Of a stretch of 64,000 nt of DNA, positions 57,292 to 64,000 are shown piece by piece. Origin of the DNA: Candidatus Lindowbacteria bacterium RIFCSPLOWO2_12_FULL_62_27 (GTDB lineage: Bacteria > Lindowbacteria > 2-12-FULL-62-27). Location of the stretch: positions 62,001 to 126,000 of the forward strand of contig MFPR01000030.1 of the NCBI GenBank assembly GCA_001784175.1. Direction: 5' to 3'. The notes beneath the pieces were generated by a model that saw only the letters and a program-made list of their open reading frames with translations, was not told the origin of the DNA and did not search any database. Positions within the stretch are counted from its first letter, which is position 1, and each line of letters opens with the position of its first letter. Made by a program: the position numbers and the translations under genes.

Positions 57292-58119
57292 CTACCTGCC
57301 GCTTTCGTAAACCATATTGTGAACGCTGTCGACCCATATCTGGATGCCCCAGAACGTGATCAGGATTCCGATCAGGCCGATGACGGCCAGCGCGGCCAGG
57401 ATTTCTTTTTTGACGTTGAAATGTTTTCGCAGGTGCAGATAAAATCCGTAAAAAAGCCACGTGAACAAAGTCCAGGTTTCGACCGGGTCCCAGCTCCACC
57501 AGCTCCCCCACAGATAGTGCGCCCACAAACTGCCGGCGGCGAGCATGAGGGTGTGGCAAACGAATCCGGCGAGAATCCATTGATAGGCTAATTTTTCCCA
57601 GGCGGCCTTCCCATCGCCATTGGCCCCGCGGGTCAGAATTATCACGGCATATCCCGTTGCGACGATATATGCCGCGTGGGACAGCCAGGCGAAGAAGACA
57701 TGCAGATACAACCAGCCGCTTTTGTAAGGCGGGCTTAGGGGTTCGACGCCCGTGTCCTGCAGGACTCCGTATCCCATGAGGCACATCGCAGCTGCCAGAA
57801 CGAACATCGTGACGAATTCGGACGAAATGCCCGCAGGCGAACCACGCTTTTTCGAGTAATGGCCGGCCGCCAGATATGACACCATCAAAATCAGGGACAG
57901 CGAAAGGGTGTTTTCGTAGGCCATCAGATACGGCAAATGGCCGGATTCCCATATCCTGACTCCAATCGCGCACGCCTGAAAAATAACGCCGGCATGGATG
58001 AACCCGTCGGGCCGGACGCCCGCAGGTTTCTGAAAAACGGCCCTGGACAGGGTCACAAGCCACGCCATGGCAAAGGCGCCCACCGCACACCAGAAACAGA
58101 CCGCCTCGATCTTCGTCAT
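57292..58119 (-). CDS. ccsA: System II cytochrome c biogenesis protein CcsA/ResC
   Basis: WLYLHV, WAHYLWGSWWSWDPVETW (WWD domain), C-terminal His. Confidence 0.93.
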   Translation of the reverse strand: MTKIEAVCFWCAVGAFAMAWLVTLSRAVFQKPAGVRPDGFIHAGVIFQACAIGVRIWESGHLPYLMAYENTLSLSLILMVSYLAAGHYSKKRGSPAGISSEFVTMFVLAAAMCLMGYGVLQDTGVEPLSPPYKSGWLYLHVFFAWLSHAAYIVATGYAVIILTRGANGDGKAAWEKLAYQWILAGFVCHTLMLAAGSLWAHYLWGSWWSWDPVETWTLFTWLFYGFYLHLRKHFNVKKEILAALAVIGLIGILITFWGIQIWVDSVHNMVYESGR

Positions 58120-58135
58120 ATCAAACCAGCTCGGG

Positions 58136-58408
58136 TCAAGCAGCTTTTTTCGCGGTCTCCGTCAGGATCTGGCGCGCATAGGTGGAAGCGCCGCGGAGGC
58201 CCTTGGTTTCGGCGAGTCGTTCGAGAATGCGCTTGACGGAGCGTGACAGGCGAATGTTGAGCATGGCATTGTTGGTCTCGTCCTCCAGATCGACGATGTC
58301 GCGTTCGTCGATATACAGGCCGGTATCGTGCGTGTCAAACCATTTGACGACCTGCACGGAGGTCATTTTCTCGAAGTCGGGCCAATTTCTTTTTTTAATC
58401 TGTTTCAT
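58136..58408 (-). CDS. BrnA/CopG-like antitoxin
   Basis: WFDTHD motif and C-terminal RHH (LNIRLS..LERLAETKG..STYARQIL). Confidence 0.8.
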   Translation of the reverse strand: MKQIKKRNWPDFEKMTSVQVVKWFDTHDTGLYIDERDIVDLEDETNNAMLNIRLSRSVKRILERLAETKGLRGASTYARQILTETAKKAA

Positions 58409-58679
58409 CCTCTCTCCTCGTTTTCCGTTTTTTTCTGTAGAACCGTTTTTCCCAGGGCGCCATATCACGCGCCGTTATCAAAAACTGCCCGGCCGGGCGT
58501 CGTTCGATCACGATCACGAGCAGGCGGCCGGCATGAGTTCGAGCGTAAACAATATTGAACGCGGCGCGGGATCGGGCTATGACGCGGACCGGATCCCGTT
58601 CGGCCTGACGTATTTCCTGCGTGGACACTGCGTGTTTCAGTATGTGCATGGCCGCATTTCTTGTGATAATGATGGTCAT
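58395..58679 (-). CDS. BrnT-like toxin (RelE-fold ribonuclease)
   Basis: HILKHAVS..E, ARTHAGRLLVIV, LITARDM...EKRFY; overlaps the antitoxin gene. Confidence 0.8.
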   Translation of the reverse strand: MTIIITRNAAMHILKHAVSTQEIRQAERDPVRVIARSRAAFNIVYARTHAGRLLVIVIERRPAGQFLITARDMAPWEKRFYRKKRKTRREDETD

Positions 58680-58748
58680 TCACACGCCTCTTTGAACCAT
58701 GGCACAGCATTCCACAGATGTGTGACAAAGTCAACACATGTGTGTCCA

Positions 58749-60017
58749 TCATAGCACCAGATCGTCAATGGATGAGTAGCCAAAACGCCGGGGGGCGCTG
58801 GTCTCGCGGGTGTCGCGGCCGGCCAACCGGCCATTCGCCAGCAGATACTCCCTGCCCATCTGCTTCTGCGCCCAGTGCAACAGAAAATCAATGGTCGGCG
58901 TCGGAATGCCGGCAAGTTCGGAGATGCCTTTCCAGACGCACAGTCCATAGGGAATGTCCTCCGCGAAATAACGGTTCGAGAAATCCGGCGCCCAACCGCC
59001 ATCCACAGGCTTCAGGGGGCATTTGAACCCCTTATATCCGGGGCTCTTGGCGAACAACTGGTCGGCCGTTTTGCAGGACGGGTCGGGAAACGAGATGTAC
59101 TCGCTTTCATAGATCGTGGGCACATGCATTTCCAGACCATAGCGGGTTGACAGCAGTTTGACCAGTTCCTGTATCTCCGCGCTCGTGTGCTCCATTAAGG
59201 CGCCGGCCTCGGCGTCCATCTCCTCATAGAAGAGAGGATTTCGCGGCAAAACCTCGCCCGGCTTCCAGTTCTTCAGGACGCAGTACATCCTCTGCGGATG
59301 GATGTTGGCGTTCAGCGGAAAGAGTGTGCAGGAAAGAAAATGTCCCCCGTTCAGGCATTTTTTCCCCAACAGACGCGCTACAACCCTCATGGCATCCGGC
59401 GTTCGATCCTGCGGCACGGCGCAAATCGTGTATTCATCCTCGAATTGCTGGACGTGGACCGCCTTGCCGAACTCGGTAATCCGGCAATTGAACGGCATGG
59501 ACATGATGGAGAAGATGGTGACGCGGCGAAAGGCGTCGCCGAGAATTCGGCGGGCGATGTAATCAAACCCGCCCTGGCCGGGAGTTGCGCCGATGAATGT
59601 GCCGGGCGCGATATGGGGCGCGATGGCGGTCAAAACGTCTACATAGGCGAATGACGGCAGAGGGATGAGGATGACGTTGGCGTCGGGGATAGCCTCCGCC
59701 GGATCGTCCGTTACCCGGACCGGCGTCCCCCGAACCACGCCTGCCGGCGAGTTATGGGTCTCGAAATCCGCGACGATTGACCCTTGCTCGGCCAATCCCT
59801 GACGGATCCGCGCCGCTTCATTCCCGAAGGACGTGAAGACGCTCGTAGGCAGCCCTCGTGAGGGCAGCAGCGCCATCAACGCATGCGCCGCATGTCCTCC
59901 GCCGACCACGCAGACACGGATGTCTGCGTATCCGGAGTCGGGAATTCTGCGAAACAGGGATGTTGAGCAGCCGACGGAGGATGCGCAGACTTTCAATTCG
60001 TCCGGCCTCTCATCCAT
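58749..60017 (-). CDS. NAD/NADP opine (octopine/tauropine) dehydrogenase family protein
   Basis: VCVVGGGHAAH, TPGQGGFD, IHP, PLFYEE, PDFSNRYFAEDIPYGL, WAQKQMGREYL. Confidence 0.9.
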   Translation of the reverse strand: MDERPDELKVCASSVGCSTSLFRRIPDSGYADIRVCVVGGGHAAHALMALLPSRGLPTSVFTSFGNEAARIRQGLAEQGSIVADFETHNSPAGVVRGTPVRVTDDPAEAIPDANVILIPLPSFAYVDVLTAIAPHIAPGTFIGATPGQGGFDYIARRILGDAFRRVTIFSIMSMPFNCRITEFGKAVHVQQFEDEYTICAVPQDRTPDAMRVVARLLGKKCLNGGHFLSCTLFPLNANIHPQRMYCVLKNWKPGEVLPRNPLFYEEMDAEAGALMEHTSAEIQELVKLLSTRYGLEMHVPTIYESEYISFPDPSCKTADQLFAKSPGYKGFKCPLKPVDGGWAPDFSNRYFAEDIPYGLCVWKGISELAGIPTPTIDFLLHWAQKQMGREYLLANGRLAGRDTRETSAPRRFGYSSIDDLVL

Positions 60018-60060
60018 TCGTCATGGCCTATTCCTCATCTGATCTGGCCGGCGTAATATT

Positions 60061-61053
60061 TCAGCAGGTCTCGGCGGCTTGCCTTCTCTTGGCCGCCGGA
60101 AACAGCCGCATCAGCATTCCGGCGAGGACCCCGACACACCCGGCGGCGGCGTAGCCGAATCCGGGGTCGCGCACGACGCTGAACTGCGCCCAACGCCGAA
60201 CCTCCGGAACGCTCACCGTCATCGACCGGCCGATGCCAACCGGGATTCCGGGCGATGCCATGTCAGGCAGAACATGCGCCCCCGCGTCGTCTTCGACCAA
60301 CAGGCGGAAAACCGAGTCGTCCTTTGACGTCTTTCGGGCTTTGATGCGGATCCCCAGCGCGGGGACATCGAGAAAATCAGATTCGTTGAGGATCAGGTCG
60401 AAATTGACGAACGACTTGAAAACGACGTTGCCTGCCGCATCGTCGATCTGAATTTGCGGAGATATTCCGTAACGCTTGATGTACACCCACGCGCCGCCGA
60501 CCTTCGCCGGATGGTTTACCCTGCACTCGGCCGGCCGGTCCGCGCCGCCGACGGAACGGACCGTGAAGCGGGCGGCAAGATCGAGCACGTTGCCGCACGG
60601 GCCCCGGACAACCTTCATTTCATCCAGCCCGATATTCAGATTCGGCAGGAGCGCCCCGCCCGCTCCGCTCTGGCCTTCCGTGAGAAGAACGCCCGCGTCC
60701 GTCTCCCGGAACTTCGCCGACAGGATCGCCCCCGTCAACAGGATCGCCATCGACGCGTGCATGATGAGCGATCCGGCCATGACGCGGCTTGGACGCATCT
60801 CCCTGTAAAAATGCCGCCACAAAACGGCGCCGAGATTGGCGAAAAACAGAACGACGCCCGCAATGAACGCGCCGCTTTTGACAAAGGCGGCCACTTTATC
60901 TTGAGGCATGAGCAGAATAAGGAAAATGAGCATGATCAGAGCGCCGAACATGACCATCGTGGATATTCTGGAGGACAGAGCTGTGATCAACTTCGCTCGA
61001 CCATCGGTGGGAGACGGGTTCGATATTGAAAGCGGCATTTTGTCTGTGTTCAT
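60061..61053 (-). CDS. resB: ResB-like cytochrome c biogenesis protein
   Basis: Three N-terminal TMs with GSLIMHASM, LTEGQ, RVNHPAK, VVRDPG plus a C-terminal TM. Confidence 0.85.
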   Translation of the reverse strand: MNTDKMPLSISNPSPTDGRAKLITALSSRISTMVMFGALIMLIFLILLMPQDKVAAFVKSGAFIAGVVLFFANLGAVLWRHFYREMRPSRVMAGSLIMHASMAILLTGAILSAKFRETDAGVLLTEGQSGAGGALLPNLNIGLDEMKVVRGPCGNVLDLAARFTVRSVGGADRPAECRVNHPAKVGGAWVYIKRYGISPQIQIDDAAGNVVFKSFVNFDLILNESDFLDVPALGIRIKARKTSKDDSVFRLLVEDDAGAHVLPDMASPGIPVGIGRSMTVSVPEVRRWAQFSVVRDPGFGYAAAGCVGVLAGMLMRLFPAAKRRQAAETC

Positions 61054-61054
61054 G

Positions 61055-62692
61055 TCAGTAATTGAAATTATAATTTGCGGCCTTGTTGCCCGAGTGGCCT
61101 GACGCGCAACTGAGGTCATAGGCGGTCGGGTTGTTATTGGTCCAGCAATCGATTCCGCCCGATCCATCGTCGTAATCGAAGCCGGTCATCGCCGCGCCGT
61201 TCATAAAATGCAGGCCCAGGTAATCTTGACCGCTGCCGACGCCCGCGTTGGAGCCGTGGATGCCGCCGTTGGCGCCGCCGCCGTGACAGTTCAAGCACCA
61301 GATCGTGAAGGCGTTGTCGGTGTTGACGTCATGATTGGTATTGATCGGATGCGTCACCCGGCTTCTTGTCCGATTCGCGCCGCTGGCGTGATAGACGTCA
61401 TATCTATGGCACTTGAAGCAGAGCACATGCTCCTCGTTGGTGGCCCCGGCGCCGGCCGGGTTGTAAGTTCGAAGCAGATAGTCAATCGTGTAGTAGTTCC
61501 CCCCTGTCGGCTCGCCGTGGACGTAGTGGCAGTCGCTGCAGGTCACGTAGCTGGTTTCGGACCAGCCGTCCGTGAAAACGGTGTCGCCGATGTTGCCGCT
61601 TTGAAGTTTCCCCTTTTTGACGATGGGATGAATGGCCAGGTTGTTGGGATTGATCTCCCTCGATATGTCCGTGATGATATTCGGCGCCGCGCCGGACGGA
61701 ATTCCGGCGGAAAAGGACGAATGGCAGCGCAGGCACAACTCATACTCGTAATTCGTCCGCGCCGTCGAAAACTGAACCTTCGTCCAGTTGGTCGGCGCCG
61801 CCGGAAGGCCGGCGCCGCCGCCTCCCGAGTCGGGCCAGGCGTTGACCTGCACGCCGTACGTTCCTAGGAGCACGTTGCCGGCTTTCGTGTCGCCCACTGT
61901 GTGCGTGCCCCCCTGCGCATAATGCGGATTATGGCAGTCCTCACATTCCACGTGCGGATTGCTCGACCAGTTCAGCGTGTCTCCGGCCAAGCCGTGGTAA
62001 AACGGCGTGCGGTCGTTCGCCGCCGCGTCCTCATTGACGGGATGGTTGTAGAAGTTCGTCCCGTCGTTCAGAGACCTGAACTCGTCCTTGATGTCCGTCG
62101 CCGCCGGCGCGCCGTCGTGGCATTCATAGCAGAGATACTCCTCCTGGCGGATCGTGAGGTCGCTCGTGGGCTGGGTATTGGAGGTGTAAGGCCCCCCCGT
62201 GAGATTGTCGGCGTCGACGATTCTCACGCCGTGCGGATCATGGCAATTGACGCATTCGCCGGTGTTGTTGCCCGAGGCCGGATAGACGACGTTGGCGCTC
62301 GTCCAGTGCGAGGACAGTTCGAACTTGGCCTGGCCCGGCCAGCCCGGAAGATTGGCGTTGGTGTCGGTGTGGCAGACGAAACAGGTCGAATTGACCCACG
62401 GAGACGCGGCGGAGGGGGCCGGCAGCATTTTCGGATAGCCGGCGCCGGCGTTGGGCGTGTCGGTCGAATCCAACGACGCATGCTGAATGTGGCAGTTGCC
62501 GCAAAGTCCCGTGTCCCTGACGTCCGACGCGTAGCCTCCGATCCATCGAATCTGCGCGCCGGTGTCGGGATCGCCATGCGCGACGTTTTTGATGATGTTC
62601 GCCGCCCAAATATCCCGTACGGTCAGAAAGCAAACCGCCAAAGAGATCAAGGCCGCCGCCGGGAGGGCGAATTTTTCCCACGACGAATTCAT
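61055..62692 (-). CDS. Secreted multiheme cytochrome c (nine CxxCH, paired-CXXCH type)
   Basis: CGNCH, CFVCH, CVNCH, CYECH, CEDCH, CLRCH, CSDCH, CFKCH, CLNCH; signal peptide. Confidence 0.95.
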   Translation of the reverse strand: MNSSWEKFALPAAALISLAVCFLTVRDIWAANIIKNVAHGDPDTGAQIRWIGGYASDVRDTGLCGNCHIQHASLDSTDTPNAGAGYPKMLPAPSAASPWVNSTCFVCHTDTNANLPGWPGQAKFELSSHWTSANVVYPASGNNTGECVNCHDPHGVRIVDADNLTGGPYTSNTQPTSDLTIRQEEYLCYECHDGAPAATDIKDEFRSLNDGTNFYNHPVNEDAAANDRTPFYHGLAGDTLNWSSNPHVECEDCHNPHYAQGGTHTVGDTKAGNVLLGTYGVQVNAWPDSGGGGAGLPAAPTNWTKVQFSTARTNYEYELCLRCHSSFSAGIPSGAAPNIITDISREINPNNLAIHPIVKKGKLQSGNIGDTVFTDGWSETSYVTCSDCHYVHGEPTGGNYYTIDYLLRTYNPAGAGATNEEHVLCFKCHRYDVYHASGANRTRSRVTHPINTNHDVNTDNAFTIWCLNCHGGGANGGIHGSNAGVGSGQDYLGLHFMNGAAMTGFDYDDGSGGIDCWTNNNPTAYDLSCASGHSGNKAANYNFNY

Positions 62693-62694
62693 CG

Positions 62695-64000
62695 TCAGAC
62701 GGCCTCATGGACACTGTGCGCGGAAATGTGACGCGGAAGTTCCCCAAGCCGCAGGAGGTGCGATTTCAGGAATGAATTGTGCATCATGACCTTCATGGAA
62801 CGCATCATGTACTCGCGTTTGAAATCGTTTTTCAACGCCCGGACCTCTGACAACTTGTCCATGTAAAAATCCCGGTAACAGCGCAGGACCGCCGTGAAAA
62901 TTTCATCCCGGGACATGTTCTTCGGCCGGATGACCGGCTCGACCAGATTGTATTTGCTGAAATCCCATTCCTCGATATGGGGTTTGACCTGCGCGTAGAT
63001 GTCGCTGTAGGGCCAGGGCGTAAGAAGCAAAAAATGCGCGAAGTCCGGATTGAACCGTTTGGCCTGCTTGAGTGTGAAGGCGATGGACTGCGGGGTTTCG
63101 TCCGGCGTGCCGAGGACGAATGAGGTTTCGCTCACGATGTCGGCGGCGTTGATCAGCCGCAGGGCCTCCTTGGACTCTTCGACGGACAATTTCTTGTTGT
63201 AATCGTCGAGCCGGTCCTGTCCGGCCGCCTCCACGCCGACGTAGATGTGGATGATCCCGGCTTTGCGGTATTTCCAAAGGATGTCCGCGTCGCGAAGGAT
63301 GTCGACGACGGTCGTCTCCATGAGGAACATCACGTCTTTTTTCAGGCCGATCATCCGGTCGATGATTTCCTCCCATCGGCCGCGGTCGGTGGTGGGTCTT
63401 TCGTCGGGGATGAGAATGACGTTCACACCGTGCCTCTCGATCAACTCGCGCGCCAACTGCTCGAATTTGTCCGGTGAGATCGCCCGCCATGTCCGGTTCC
63501 AGAATTTTTGCTGGGAACAGAACGAACAGCCTTCCGAACAGCCGCGCGAGGTGCTGATGGAGCCGAGGGTGGAGTTCGGGATGACGTGATATTTGTAGAT
63601 GCTCCAATCGAGAAGACCGTAATCCGGCGAAAGCGTGTCCAGATCGCGGACGAATTCCCGGCGTCCGCCGGAAACGATCCGGCCGTCAACCCGGGCCCCC
63701 ACGCCGCGGGGCAGGCCGCCGTTCATTCCACCATCAAAAATCTGATTGAGCATGTCGCGAAACGGCAGTTCGCCCTCGCCGACGATGACATAATCGACGA
63801 AGGGATTTTCCGCGAGGATGTCCCGCCACATGAACGTCGCGTGGACGCCGCCGCATACGGTCACGACGCGCGGCGACATCTGTTTGACCCGGCGGAGCAT
63901 GTCGAGAGCGGCGGGAAAACTGGCGGTGTAGCCCCCGACGGCGATGAGGTCGGGATTGATTTCGGCGATCCTGCGGACCGCGCCGTCCAAATCCGCGCCT
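62695..64000 (-). CDS. Cobalamin-binding radical SAM protein (class B / BchE-like); 5' end outside the window
   Basis: GGVHAT, IVGEGE, TSRGCSEGCSFC, YVGVEA, LGTPDET. Confidence 0.93.
   Translation of the reverse strand, partial: GADLDGAVRRIAEINPDLIAVGGYTASFPAALDMLRRVKQMSPRVVTVCGGVHATFMWRDILAENPFVDYVIVGEGELPFRDMLNQIFDGGMNGGLPRGVGARVDGRIVSGGRREFVRDLDTLSPDYGLLDWSIYKYHVIPNSTLGSISTSRGCSEGCSFCSQQKFWNRTWRAISPDKFEQLARELIERHGVNVILIPDERPTTDRGRWEEIIDRMIGLKKDVMFLMETTVVDILRDADILWKYRKAGIIHIYVGVEAAGQDRLDDYNKKLSVEESKEALRLINAADIVSETSFVLGTPDETPQSIAFTLKQAKRFNPDFAHFLLLTPWPYSDIYAQVKPHIEEWDFSKYNLVEPVIRPKNMSRDEIFTAVLRCYRDFYMDKLSEVRALKNDFKREYMMRSMKVMMHNSFLKSHLLRLGELPRHISAHSVHEAV

Overview
GC-rich bacterial chromosome segment; taxonomy cannot be determined from the window. 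From left to right it holds: (1) a minus-strand three-gene surface-protein operon (1-6801) whose products share modules in a tip (C-module only) / major subunit (N+C) / stalk (N-module plus PKD-like repeats) pattern, with two near-perfect CRP-type boxes upstream and an 18-bp inverted repeat bracketing the middle gene; (2) a pentose-phosphate operon (tal-pgi, gnd, zwf, glk, pgl); (3) a membrane spermidine-synthase-like gene, a solo ribbon-helix-helix gene behind a 48-bp palindrome, a hybrid kinase plus diguanylate cyclase pair, and tRNA-Met(CAT); (4) an envelope-modification cluster (two YfhO-like, one GT-C-like, a PHM-like and a VTT/DedA gene); (5) greA and a decaying type I restriction-modification region next to tRNA-Phe (hsdM with an in-frame palindromic insert, a DUF1016 cassette flanked by a duplicated hsdM 3' end, hsdS, RhuM pseudogenes, a triply deleted hsdR); (6) a phospholipase D gene, class I lysS, and a candidate stand-alone pseudoknotted RNA carrying an extended anti-16S tract and a 13-codon ORF; (7) an sAC-like cyclase convergent with a DnaE-derived PHP-TPR-STAS-PilZ fusion; (8) moxR, DUF58 and a BatD-like gene; (9) an operon joining a B12 radical SAM enzyme, a nine-CxxCH cytochrome, ResB/ResC, an animal-type opine dehydrogenase, a BrnTA pair and two more SpeE-like genes. 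All calls are by eye from motifs and translations; no database searches were run.
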